Assembly: GCF_006345805.1 (NCBI RefSeq)
Contig: NC_043003.1
Span: 106,082,001 to 106,146,000, forward strand
From: Octopus sinensis
Taxonomy: Eukaryota
Reading direction: 5' to 3'
Length of the DNA stretch: 64,000 nucleotides
The translations under genes and the position numbers were made by a program. Below are positions 33,709 through 46,600 of the stretch, piece after piece. Below the pieces are notes generated by a model. It was given only the letters and a program-made list of their open reading frames with translations. It was not told the DNA's origin and did not search any database. Numbering within the stretch: the stretch's first letter is position 1; every line of letters begins with the position of its first letter.

Positions 33709-33888
33709 ACACACACACACACACACACACGGTGATTGCTCCATCATCACAAATGATAGCCGCATCTTTGAGCTTCCCCTTTTGTTAACGTTTCTGGCGT
33801 TCCGTCAATGACCTCTCCGATGATTATTCAGTCTCACTGCAGATCTGCATGGTTTTGAAGCATAAGTGACAGACGAAAGTTGTAACTT

Positions 33889-34265
33889 CCACTGGATGGA
33901 TCGGATCAGTTTGTGATACACGGGAGCCTCCACTGGATAGATCGGATCAGTTTGTGATACACAGGAGCCTCCACTGGATGGATTGGATCTGTTTGACACA
34001 CAAGAGCCTCCACTGGACGGATTAGATCAGTTTGTGACACACAGGAGCCTCCATTAGATGGATTGGATCAGTTTGTGACACACAGGATCCTCCACTAGAT
34101 GGGTCGGATCTGTTTGTGACACACAGGAGCTTCCACTGGATGGATCGGATCAGTTTGTGACACACAGGAGCCTCCATTAGATGGATCGGATCAGTTTGTG
34201 ATACACAGGAGCTTCCACTGGATAGATGGGATCAGTTTGTGACACAGGGGCCTCCATTGGATCGG
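33889..34265. repeat. ~41-bp minisatellite, ~9 copies
   Basis: Unit CCACTGGATGGATCGGATCAGTTTGTGACACACAGGAGCCT with variants; no unique spacers. Confidence 0.95.
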
Positions 34266-35987
34266 AAACCGACTTGCAAGTCCTTTCACACACGACACAC
34301 ATTCGATCGACCTGAAGTGGTGGAAGGACCTTGTATTCGGTTGATCGTTCATGGGACATCAGATGTTTGACACACCAGACCTTGGAAACGAATACACTGC
34401 CACACGTTTCACACCTCCAGCACTTTATGTTCTCACTGAGGTTCTGACGACAGCCATTCCGGAACCAGCACTTTTAGCTTTCATACTCAAGGTGACCATC
34501 TTCAAAAGTTTTACAACCTTCCCTAATATGCTTCCTCCATCCTTCTCTTTCCAAAGCCAGTTCTTCTCGAACGTACGTAGGTACATACACACATACACAC
34601 ACATATACGCATGTATGCATATATACGATAGGCTTCCACACAGTCTCCGCTTATCAAATCTACTCTCAAGGCTTCCTTTGACACAACACCAGGCGCTGTC
34701 TCAGGAATTTTTCGAAAGGGAGGCACAAGGTCAGAAGGGAATACAATTCCAGGAGAAAAGGGTATAAGATTATTTAGAAGGGTGCACTTTTCTTGAGATG
34801 GGTACATGCCCCTCAACCCCCCCACCCCACCCATCGCATTGTTGGGTCCACCCTTGAAGGCCATAGTAAAAGACACTTGCCGTACTGCGAGACTGAACGC
34901 AACACCTGATTGTCGGAAAGCCAGCTTCTTAGCACATACCTTTCATCGAATTAATCGGCGACCGATTTTCGTCCTTTCATCTTGCTCCCTAATTTCTCAT
35001 TAAACAATATAGTTCTAGAAAATGGTAAAAAGACGAGATGTTCATCATTGGAAGGCTTTTATTTATAATTGTACTTGATCAGGATTGATAAGGAAGCTAA
35101 GCAACAACAAAAACATAAACAGCAGCAGCAGCAGAAGCAGCAGCAGAAGCAGCAGCAGCGCAACAATCAGGTAATTTCCGAGTCCGTGAAGGAACCTCCA
35201 CGTGATCTTTCGATCGGCTAGAAAAAGCAGTCAAATCTCCTCAAATCTCACGTCCGTCTTAATAAAAGAGAACATACATAGGTTAATGTATTCCAACATA
35301 CCCTTAAAAAGACGAGACGGTCACGTTGGGATACCTTTCTTCATAGATAAAAGATGACCTGGGGTTAAATCACGATAACCTCAAGATTCTTATTTGATTA
35401 TAAGACGTATAAATGGTGCCAGGCAAAAACATATCAGCCTTCTCTTATTTGTTTGCGATAGCGTGTTCTTTCAAATCGAATAAATCCTAGCAAAGCATAG
35501 AACCATTTCCTTGCTGTGCGTTGCAACAGCATATTTCGTTGGTGAAAGAAACGAGGCTGTCGTAAACTCATTGAGGGATATTATCAAGGACCTTGTTCAT
35601 AAAAGTAATGCAGATTAAGAATGAAGTATCTGGGTTATTTGCGAATAAGACACGCGTGTGGACGATTAAGGAAGATTAAAGAGTTTTATCATCTGCGTAC
35701 TAGAGTAGGATAATAAGCAAATTTACAGAATGTTTCAATACTAATCGTCTGATGGGGCACGTCATAGTTATTAGTAGATGGCTCGAAAGAGCTTCGTTTG
35801 AGCATGGTGTAATGGCGCAATTCATAAGGAAACGCATGATATAAGATATAAATTGCTCTAAGTAAGCAATTTATCAAGAAGATTCTAAAGCTTTATTGAT
35901 GCCAATGGCGGCGGCATTATTTTCATTGAACTTCTTCCTTTCTTCTTTTCCCCCCTCTCATTACATACAAGCACAACCGTTCATTGT

Positions 35988-36735
35988 TAGTTAGTTAGTT
36001 AGTTAGTTAGTTAATTTGGCTCAAAAGCAAATAGCAAGGCCATGTAGGGGGACATGGAGTTAAGTACAGGGTGGTGTTCATGTAAAGAGTTCAGGCCACT
36101 TGAGGTTCAGGGAGGCTTTGAACAAAGCGGTCGTCGGCATCTTTACCATCTCGTCTGGCAGCTTGTTCCACGGATCCGCAACCCGGACGGAGAAAGCTCC
36201 TCTCCTTCGATTGAGATGAAATCGTCGCAGGTAGAGCTTTTCGGAATGACCCCGCAGCCGACGCTCTGGAGCAGGAGTGAAGAACAGCTCTTTCGAGAGG
36301 TTACACTTTCCGCTTATGATGTTGTGGGCGAGAATGAGATCACTACGGCGGCGGCGTTTTTCAAGAGAATAAGGTCGAGCGTCCTCAGCCTTTCTTCGTA
36401 GGACAAATTTTTGAGACCATGAACCATGCGGGTAGCCAGCTTCTGGACTCTTTCGAGATGCTGTATGTCTTTGAGGAGATAAGGAGAAGAGGCCTGAATC
36501 CCATACTCCAATATGGGTCTCACCAGCGTGACATAGAGTGGTAGGAATATGGCTGCTGTGAGCATTCCGAATGACCGTCGAATCAAGAACAGAATTCCGC
36601 GTGCTTTGTTGGCAGCATGGACGCACTGGGCCGAAGGCGAAAAGGAGGAATCCACCAAGATACCTAGGTCCTTTACCTGATCGGTCCTCTCCAGCAGCAG
36701 ACGACCCGGCTCGAAATCAAATTGAGTTGTTTGGC
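35988..36735 (-). mobile_element. CR1-type LINE, 3' fragment with intact end and (TAAC)n tail
   Basis: LYVTLVRPILEYG, LERVQKLATRMV, LSYEERL, SLEKRRRRSDLI, RLRGHSEKL, FSVRVADPWNKLP. Confidence 0.9.
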
Positions 36736-37152
36736 CTTGGTCTGCTTCGGTTGGAAACATTCAATCTCATCCTGTATTCTCTATACAAAAACTAAGTGCA
36801 AACACCTAAATAATTTTCGAATCCTTCTGTTCTCGTGTCTCTTGATGCTTGACACAGTGTTCCACGTTTTGTTTCCATTTTCATATCTTTTGTCATCGAG
36901 GAAACTTTATTGTATAATATACTCGTAAAAGTAATTTTTGAAATGTCTAGTTTCACTTTAACTTTCGAGACTGTCGTCAAGTCCTGATATCGCTATGATC
37001 TCCAAACCGACAGCTGATGAAGGGATCCTTCTAGTTTCTTCCGCTTGGTCTTAATGCTGATTTTTGTGCCGCATGGGTGTTCATTGTCCTCTTACTGTTA
37101 GCAACTTTGAACAGTTATGTGTGTGAGTGCACGTAGGTATCTATGCACACAC

Positions 37153-37740
37153 GAGCTGGCAGAAACGTTAGCACGCCGGGCGAAATGCTTAGCGGTATTT
37201 CGTCTGCCGTTACGTTGTGAGTTCAAATTCTGCCGAGGTCGACTTTGCCTTTCATCCTTTCGGGGTCGATAAATTAAGTACCAGTTACGCACTGGGGTCG
37301 ATGTAATCGACTTAATACCTATGTCTGTCCTTGTTTGACCCCTCTATGTTTAGCCCCTTGTGGGTAATAAAGAAATAGGTATTTCGTCTGCGTTACATTG
37401 TGAGTTCAAATTCCGCCGAGGTCGACTTTGCCTTTCATCCTTTCGGGGTCGATAAATTAAGTACCAGTTACGCACTGGGGTCGATGTAATCGACTTAATA
37501 CCTATGTCTGTCCTTGTTTGACCCCTCTATGTTTAGCCCCTTGTGGGTAATAAAGAAATAGGTATTTCGTCTGCGTTACATTGTGAGTTCAAATTCCGCC
37601 GAGGTCGACTTTGCCTTTCATCCTTTCGGGGTCGATAAATTAAGTACCAGTTACGCACTGGGGTCGATGTAATCGACTTAATACCTATGTCTGTCCTTGT
37701 TTGACCCTCTATGTTTAGCCCCTTGTGGGTAATAAAGAAA
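37153..37740 (+). mobile_element. SINE family A with the body triplicated in tandem (units at 37194, 37378, 37561; 183-184 bp)
   Basis: Each junction reads ...AATAAAGAAATA|GGTATTTCGTCTGC; only the first unit has the head. Confidence 0.9.
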
Positions 37741-38294
37741 TGGGTAGCTATGCACACACACGCGCACACACACACGCGCACACACACGCGCACACACACA
37801 TCTGTGTGTGTATGTGTAGCAACTGGTCAGCTTGAAAATACGTGCATGTATATAATGTTCAGTATGTATACGCATCGGAGAAGGGTTGATAGCAATAGCT
37901 TCTCCACTGGGAACTATTCAGCGCTTCCGTTTCTCGTGTCTTAAGGAAGCTGATCAAAGTCTGAATTTCCATAAATCTATCTGAAAGCAAAATGTCTCTC
38001 AATGTCTGCAAAGGCCAAGACACGCGTGCGTGTGTGCGCGCACTTGTTTCCCCTCCATATCATCATCGATCCTTAAATTCGTCTATCTCTACACATATCT
38101 GTCGCACTGAAAATTAATTCTTATCATTGAGAAATATAGTTGATTTTATTTCTTGGCAACATTTGATATCAGTCTACTTTGAACAAACATCCGTATCTTA
38201 GGAACATTTAAATTTTTAACATCATGATGACTGTCTATATACGTATGCATACATTTATGTGTATACACCTTTGTATATGTTTTATATATTTATA

Positions 38295-38321
38295 TTATAC
38301 ATACATGAATATTGTACGTGA

Positions 38322-38385
<64 letters not shown>

Positions 38386-38457
38386 TATATATGTGTGTAT
38401 ATATATATATATGTGTGTGTATATATATATATATATGTGTGTGTGTATATATATATA

Positions 38458-38552
<95 letters not shown>
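38295..38552. repeat. (TA)n/(TG)n microsatellite
   Basis: Direct reading. Confidence 0.95.
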
Positions 38553-38555
<3 letters not shown>

Positions 38556-38849
38556 CAATGGAGTCTGCCGTCGTTAGACAACGTATAAGGATTCAGTAAT
38601 TTTTTCCCGAACAACCAGAGATCTTTTTTTATAGAAAATAAATGTGTTTATGTTCACACAGGCTCTCTCCTTCCATCAGATTGACATTACCTGTACAGGT
38701 GCACCAAGTATCACATGCCCGATGACAAAATGATCGCAGAACAAGGTGAAATGAAGTGCTTTGCTCAAGAACAACGCAACACCCAGTCTAAGAACCCAGG
38801 TTCTCGCAACCGTGAGTGCAACAGCCTTCCTATCTATATAGTCGGCTCC

Positions 38850-39239
38850 AGCTCGTATCCGAGCATTGGGTCCGTCAGTTTCCATCCAGTCTCCTCGGCT
38901 GATGTTTGTGCCGAAAGTGACTTTGGAGTTCAAGGCAGTAGTGAAAGGGTCGTAGGCAGAAACCCCACGGTTTGGTCGGTGCAGGTCGAGGATGTTGAAG
39001 ACGCTCTTTTCTTCTCCTGCGTTTTGCCTCCTCATTCTCTTGTCTGTTCTGCTCGAAGGAGCTGGTTCCATTGCGGATAGCAGTCCTCCAGGCTGTCCTA
39101 TCCATGGCAATCTGTTTTACGGAGAACTTGCAATCGGAACAAGACCCAGAGGAGGTCCGAAATTCCGTTTTAAAGACCAGCTCAAACGGACCTTGGCTAA
39201 AGCTAACATCCAGCCATCCTGATGGGAACAGATCGCCAT
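38850..39239 (-). mobile_element. RTE-clade LINE 3' fragment with an inverted 5' segment (39109-39239 on +)
   Basis: Plus strand LFYGELAIGTRPRGGPKFRFKDQLKRTL...WEQIA; the minus strand continues AMDRTAWRTAIRNGTSSFEQNR. Confidence 0.8.
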
Positions 39240-39266
39240 AAATATATATATATATATATATATAAT

Positions 39267-39304
<38 letters not shown>

Positions 39305-39309
<5 letters not shown>

Positions 39310-39720
39310 AGTGAATTGAAGAAATGGAGTTGAACGAAGATTGAACAAATTCCTTTTATTGCATTCTACACATGTTTCAAAAGCCACAATTTTCCAAATT
39401 CTGATTAAATAAGGATACCATATTGTGGCTTTCTCTTCAGGAAAAAATAGGAATTCCGTTGGCAGAACAAAACAGAACAGAGGCGCAGCAAAGCAATTTG
39501 AACGAGGAGGCTCTTTAAGAGCCCATTGCTGAACTGATTATCAATGTACGTTGAAATCGGGTGGTGGGTGCGTTGAAGATATTTACAGGTCAGCGGCGGT
39601 CAAATCCAGTAGGTGAGAGCAAGGGGTGTGAGATGTTCTGTGTGACCAAAACTAAAATTCTGAATATTTTAAGAATACTGGGTGTATTTTTTGGGGGCGA
39701 GACAAAAACTACCTAGAAGC
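39305..39720 (-). mobile_element. Penelope-type pLTR/3' region, same family as 58620-59040
   Basis: Alignable by eye to 58621-59035; abuts (TA)n. Confidence 0.8.
39357..39449 (-). ncRNA. Type I hammerhead ribozyme (family of 60160-60252)
   Basis: UUC-CUGAAGA-GAAAG-CCACAAU...AUUGUGG-CUUUU-GAAAC-AUGU-GUA/GAAU. Confidence 0.75.
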
Positions 39721-39766
<46 letters not shown>

Positions 39767-40074
39767 ACATTTCTTTTAAAATGTATGTACCCGCGTGCTG
39801 GAGAACCCGCGTGCACCAATAGATGTATACAACACAGTAGTTTAGTTAAGTAATTTTTCCATAATCAGTCAATAGCCTGGCTGCTGCATAATATCCAAAG
39901 ACTTGTTTACCGCCTGACAACTCCGAATTTTTTTTTTTTATCTGATCATATTGATGCTTGGCTTCAGGTAAAAGAAGGAAGCAAATGAATAGATTTATTT
40001 ATGATATAAATATCGCGTGATAATATACAGGATATTCAAGGATAGAACTAGCTACACGCGATATCTTAACCCCT

Positions 40075-40555
40075 CCAAGAGAAAGCGACACTGGAAAGTG
40101 TTGTGGTTCACACCGCCCTCTCTTTAGGTGTTAAAACCCTAGTAGTTAAGGCTTTCCTTAGTTTAGTAGACAAGCACTTCCCCCGTACAAATAGGTTCAG
40201 CAAAATATTCAGTAGGCATACCCTGAGGATTTCATTTAGCTGTGCACCCAGTGCAAAAAAGATTTTAGTAGGTAGGTCCACACCTGAGACAGAGGCAGGA
40301 TGCTCATTTAGGGATAACACATGTCCACTGAACGGCTACTGTAACACGGAGACCGTCGTATACGAGGCAGAGGTAACAACCATGGGACCATATGGGCAAC
40401 CAAATGTGCGAATGTACGTGGGAGCAACTGAAGGCCCATTCAAAACCCGCTATAACAATCACAAGTTCTAATGCCACAACCCTAGCAAACACGTATGGTG
40501 TTTGAAAGAAAGCGCCACAGAGTACAACATATAGTGGAAGATTCTGGAGAAATGT
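40075..40555 (+). pseudogene. Penelope linker plus GIY-YIG endonuclease fragment (different subfamily)
   Basis: FLSLVDKHFP, KIFSRHTLRISFSC, CPLNGYC, VVYEA, MYVGATEGPFKTRYNNH, WKILEKC. Confidence 0.88.
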
Positions 40556-41029
40556 AACGCTGTACTCTTTCGCCGCAACTTTCTCTCACTGTTTCTTCTG
40601 TTGGCCTGCTCGCTTAGCCAGCGGGGTGGCGTCATTTGAAGGCTAAAACGATGTGAAGCGCATTGTGACCAGCGATGTGTAGCAACATCTGATAGCCTGG
40701 TCGGTCACGTGATCACGTGATATCATTTCTAGTTATAATGCCGTAATCTCTTCATTTCTTTCGATTATGTGCAACATATACAATCCATGTAGATGTGACA
40801 AATCAAGAAAGAGACGACCTTCTGCAATAATGTAAGCGAAGTGAGACTGCTACACCTGGCAAACGAAAGAGCATCATGCACCTACCTCCCTGAGAACTTG
40901 CTCTTCTCTCGTCATATGATGGTTGCTTTCAATCTCTTTACATTAACGGTTTACTTTGTGTCTTCCCCATACAAATTAATATATGCAAATAAAATTCCCC
41001 AGTTGAGCCTTCAGTACGCCGAACATTAA

Positions 41030-41350
41030 AGACTCCGCCAGTTACGACGACGAGGGTCCCAGCTGATACGATCAGCGGAACAGCTTGCTCGTGAAATTAA
41101 CGTGCAAATGGCTGAGCATTCCACAGGCACGTGTACCCTTAACGTAGTTCTCGGAGATAATCAGCGTGACACAGAGAGTGACAAGGCTGACCCTTTGAAA
41201 TACAAGTACAACTCATTTTTGCCAGCTGAGTGGACTGGAGCAACGTGAAATAAAGTGTCTTGCTCAAGGACACAACGCGTTGCCGGGAATCGAACTCACA
41301 ACCTTACGATCATGAGCCGAATGCCCTAACCACTAAGCCACGCGCCCTCA
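41030..41350 (-). mobile_element. tRNA-derived SINE sharing its 3' half with the 15402-15783 copy but with a different head and body
   Basis: Shared CTCGTGAAATTAACGTG...CCCTTAACGTAGTTCTC...TTTGAAATACA; the head region differs. Confidence 0.75.
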
Positions 41351-42755
41351 CATACGCCGAACATATAAGTGAAGTGAATATGGTAAGCCAAGCATAAAAA
41401 GCAATCCCCGGAACATATGACTGTAAAGTGGAGAAAATTAATTCATGTGAACGAAAATCCATCCCAAAAGAAAAAAGAAGAGGGCTCCGAAAAGTTCATC
41501 GAGCGAAGAATTAGATGCAGTGGGGGTAGCCTGATTTTTGGCATCTACGGTGACAACTCCGGACATGTTTCAGTCTCAGCGAAGCATAGTCAACACCAAA
41601 CGATTATAAAATGACTTAAAGAGTAAATAGGTTTTAGTGAGAAAGTCATTTACTGATTAGATCATTTAAAATAATGGCATTGGAAAGTTTTAGAGAATAA
41701 TCGATAAAAATCCTCGTTAGGAAAATAAGGTTCCATATTTTATCAACCTGGGAAGGTACGCAGCCTAGTGCTTAGGATGTTGTATTCACAATCGCAAGAT
41801 CGTGGGTTCGTTTCCCGGAGCGGGTGGGGGTTCGTGTTCTTGAGCCAATACTTCCTTTCACTTTGCTCCAGTCCATTCAGCTGTAAAGGGGGTCACCCTG
41901 CAATGAACTGACGTCCATGTTGAGATCTATGTTGTTTATACACACTGAATACCGGGTGACCGGTCCTATGAGTTTTGGGACAAAAAACATTAATGTCCAG
42001 GTGTTGATAAGGATGAGGGGTGAGAGAGACTAATCAAATTCCAGTAGAGTTTTAACCCACAAATGTTGCGGGATGAATCTAAATACTGTAGCGGACAGGT
42101 TTAACTTTTTCACTTTGTCCTTCTCTTGGTGCTAGACTTTATCTTTCTAGTGTATAACATTCCTTGGGGAAGTCGAAAGGATTCAGAATATTTCAAAGAG
42201 GCAACCTCAAACTCCACTTAGGAATGTCTTCTTGCAACTTCGAAAACAGTTGCTAAACTTATAGGTTCGGATTCTTCGATCCGTGTTAATCTTGAATCGA
42301 CTGTTCAATGTCTAACGTCGCCCTTTCCTTCGTTCGGCAGTGACCACCACAAAAGAAAGGCACGCAGCAACACGTTTCGACAAACAGGAGCGGGCGTGAA
42401 ACTGTATTTTAAAAAAAAAATTTCTTCTAAACTTGTGTCCATACTAAGTGGAACAATACAATATTCCGAATCAGCTACTTTTAACCTACATACATAATAT
42501 TTCTCTGGGAAATATTACATCAATTTCATTTCTTAATATTTGTATTTTTTCTGTTTACTTTCTTTAATCAAAGAATTATTTAAGCTCCATAAATATGTAA
42601 TGAAGAACAGCTGTGTTGTCACCTCTTTTACTTGGTCACTGAAGCATTCTCAATTCATATATAAATAGCTTACATCGCACGTTTGATCGATGCTCGTATT
42701 CTAACAGGTTCAAACTTGCTTCATTAGGAATTAACTATTTGTTATTTCTCTTTTG

Positions 42756-42791
<36 letters not shown>

Positions 42792-43663
42792 ACACACACA
42801 CACACACACACACACTACACACACACAGAGATATATATACTTTTCCCATAAAATATTTATTTCGCATGCTATGGATTTCAGAAGTTTTGTTGTACCGTTT
42901 CTGCATCCTGGGAGATCATCTTTTGCTTCTAGTCAAGAGTTTACTTGCTCTGCCTTTTTTACACCTTAACTACAATTATTATATCAGTCGATAGATAAAA
43001 ATAGTGCTGACGTGAACTCTAAGAAAAAGGTATGTAGCTCACCTAGATGATAAAGTTCAGTAGCCACACCTGACCATCTTTGAAAAAGAAAGGACACGTT
43101 AGATGAAGTACTCCAAGATTAGTGGTAAGGAACCTTTTTAGTAAAGTGTGTCAGGAGCGTCACCTGTGTACAGGTATTTTAATTTTAGGTAAATGCCAAT
43201 GTTTTCTGTAACACATTGCGGGGAGTTTTTTTCAAAGTCCTACTCGTGAAACACGTCATAGGTTCACCGCCATTATCTTAGAGTAATATATTCGAAGAAA
43301 AGACATCGTGGTCACAGATGGATGACCTTTGGTTGTAGGTAAACTTGATCAGGACAGAACCCGGGCCCACACAACATTGAATTCAGTACCATGAGTTACT
43401 AAAACGTTGCTGCTTCTGTTGCTCACAGCATAATAGGTACCACAGAGTAGGATCACTTACACGAATCTACTTTGTGGAACCTGCTTGCAGCTAAGTAAAC
43501 TGTGACTGTGTGGGTTTAGAATTTGGGCTAACAAAACGAGATCCATAATCGATCTATTCAGCTATTGATATCCTCCAGTAATAAGTTAGCTATACTTACT
43601 GAAAGTTCCGGAACATGAAAGATGAAAAAATAAACCTGAGCTGTGACGATGACCGAGCTTATC

Positions 43664-46600
43664 CCCTTCTATCTTACCTAACCCTTCTATCTTACCTAAC
43701 TCTTCTATCTTACCTAACCCTTCTATCTTACCTAACCCTTCTATCTTACCTAACCCTTCTATCTTACCTAACCCTTCTATCTTACCTAACCCTTCTATCT
43801 TACATAACCCTTCTATCTTACCCAACCCTTCTATCTTACCTAACCCTTCTATCTTACCTAACCCTTCTATCTTACCTAACCCTTCTATCTTACATAACCC
43901 TTCTATCTTACATAACCCTTCTATCTTACCTAACCCTTCTATCTTACCTAACCCTTCTATCTTACCTAACCCTTCTATCTTACCTAACCCTTCTATCTTA
44001 CCTAACCCTTCTATCTTACATAACCCTTCTATCTTACCCAACCCTTCTATCTTACCTAACCCTTCTATCTTACCTAACCCTTCTATCTTACCTAACCTTC
44101 TATCTACCTAACCCTTCTATCTTACATAACCTTCTCTCTTACATAACCCTTCTATCTTACCTAACCCTTCTATCTACCTAACCCTTCTATCTTACCTAAC
44201 CCTTCTATCTTACCCAACCCTTCTATCTACCTAACCCTTCTATCTTACCTAACCCTTCTATCTTACCTAACCCTTCTATCTTACCTAACCCTTCTATCTA
44301 CCTAACCTTCTATCTTACCTAACCCTTCTATCTTACCTAACCTTCTATCTTACCCAACCCTTCTATCTTACTAACCCTTCTATCTACCTAACCCTTCTAT
44401 CTTACCTAACCCTTCTATCTACAAACCCTTCTATCTTACATAACCCTTCTATCTTACCTAACCCTTCTATCTTACCAACCCTCTATCTTACCTAACCCTT
44501 CTATCTTACCCAACCCTTCTATCTTACCTACCCTTCTATCTTACCTAACCCTTCTATCTTACCTAACCCTTCTATCTTACCCAACCCTTCTATCTTACCT
44601 AACCCTTCTATCTTACCTAACCCTTCTATCTTACCTAACCCTTTATATTACCTAACCCTTCTATCTTACCTACCCTTCTATCTTACCTACCTTCTATCTT
44701 ACATAACCCTTCTATCTTACATAACCCTTCTATCTTACATAACCCTTCTATCTTACCTAACCCTTCTATCTACCAACCCTTCTATCTTACCTAACCCTTC
44801 TATCTTACCGAACCCTTCTATCTTACCGAACCCTTCTATCTTACCAAACCCTTCTATCTAACCAACCCTTCTATCTTACCTAACCCTTCTATCTTATAAC
44901 CCTTCTATCTTACCTAACCCTTCTATCTTACATAACCCTTCTATCTTACATAACCCTTCTATCTTACCCAACCCTTCTATCTACCTAACCCTTCTATCTT
45001 ACCTAACCCTTCTATCTTACCCAACCCTTCTATCTTACCCAACCCTTCTATTTACCCAACCCTTCTATCTTACCTAACCCTTCTATCTTATAAACCTTCT
45101 ATCTTACCTAACCCTTCTATCTTACATAACCCTTCTATCTTACCAACCCTTCTATCTTACCTAACCCTTCTATCTTACCTAACCTTCTATCTTACCTAAC
45201 CCTTCTATCTTACATAACCCTTCTATCTTACATAACCCTTCTATCATACCTAACCCTTCTATCTTACCTAACCCTTCTATCTTACCTAACCCTTCTATCT
45301 TACCTAACCCTTCTATCTTACCTAACCCTTCTATCTTACCTAACCCTTCTATTATCTCACCCTTCTATCTTACCTAACCCTTCTATCTTACATAACCCTT
45401 CTATCTTACCAACCTTCTATCTTACCCAACCCTTCTATCTTAATAACCCTTCTATCTTACCCAACCCTTCTATTTACCTAACCCTTCTATCTTACCTAAC
45501 CCTTCTATATACCTAACCCTTCTATCTTACCTAACCTTCTATCTTACCTAACCCTTCTATCTTACCTAACCTTCTATCTTACCTAACCCTTCTATCTTAT
45601 TAACCCTTCTATCTTACCTAACCCTTCTATCTTACATAACCTTCTATCTTACCCAACCCTTCTATCTTACCTAACCCTTCTATCTTACATAACCCTTCTA
45701 CCTACCCAACCCTTCTATCTTACCTAACCTTCTATCTTACCTAACCTTCTATCTTACCTAACCTTCTATCTTACATAACCCTTCTATCTTACCCAACCTT
45801 CTATCTTACCTAACCCTTCTATCTTACATAACCCTTCTATCTTACCCAACCCTTCTATCTTACCTAACCCTTCTATCTTACATAAACCTTATCTTACCCA
45901 ACCCTTCTATCTTACCTAACCCTTCTATCTTACCTAACCCTTCTATCTTACCTAAACCTTCTATCTTACCTAATCCTTCTATCTTACATAACCCTTCTAT
46001 CTTACCCAACCCTTCTATCTTACTAATCCTTTTTTCTATCTACATAACCTTCTATCTTACCCAACCCTTCTATCTTACATAACCCTTCTATCTTACCTAA
46101 CCCTTCTATCTTACCTAACCCTTCTATCTTACATAACCCTTCTATCTTACATAACCTTCTATCTTACCTAACCTTCTATCTACCAACCCTTCTATCTTAC
46201 CTACCCTTCTATCTTACCTAACCCTTCTATCTTACCCAACCCTTCTATCTTACCCACCCTTCTATCTTACCTAACCCTTCTATCTTACATAACCTTCTAT
46301 CTTACCCAACCCTTCTATCTTACCTAACCCTCTATCTTACCCAACCTTCTATTTACCTAACCCTTCTATCTTACCTAACCCTTCTATCTTACATAACCCT
46401 TCTATCTTACATAACCCTTCTATCTTAATAACCCTTCTATCTTACCTAACCCTTCTATCTTACCCAACCCTTCTATCTTACCTAACCCTTCTATCTACCT
46501 AACTTCTATCTTACCAACCTTCTATCTTACCCAACCCTTCTATCTTACCCAACCCTTCTATCTTACCTAACCCTTCTATCTTATCTAACCCTTCTATCTT

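Noticed and set aside
33889-34265. Regularly spaced repeats as a CRISPR array
   Set aside because: Contiguous tandem units without unique spacers, in eukaryotic context with no cas genes
37005-37060. GACAG-CUGAUGA-AGGGAUCC as a hammerhead 5' half
   Set aside because: No GAAA, stem III or cleavage site follows; at most a truncated remnant
38295-38588. YI/CV-repeat ORFs here and at about 2416, 8302, 24399, 50936, 55279 and 60511
   Set aside because: Translations of dinucleotide and tetranucleotide microsatellites
42880-42960. Possible short minus-strand exon
   Set aside because: Weak splice signals and no recognisable peptide
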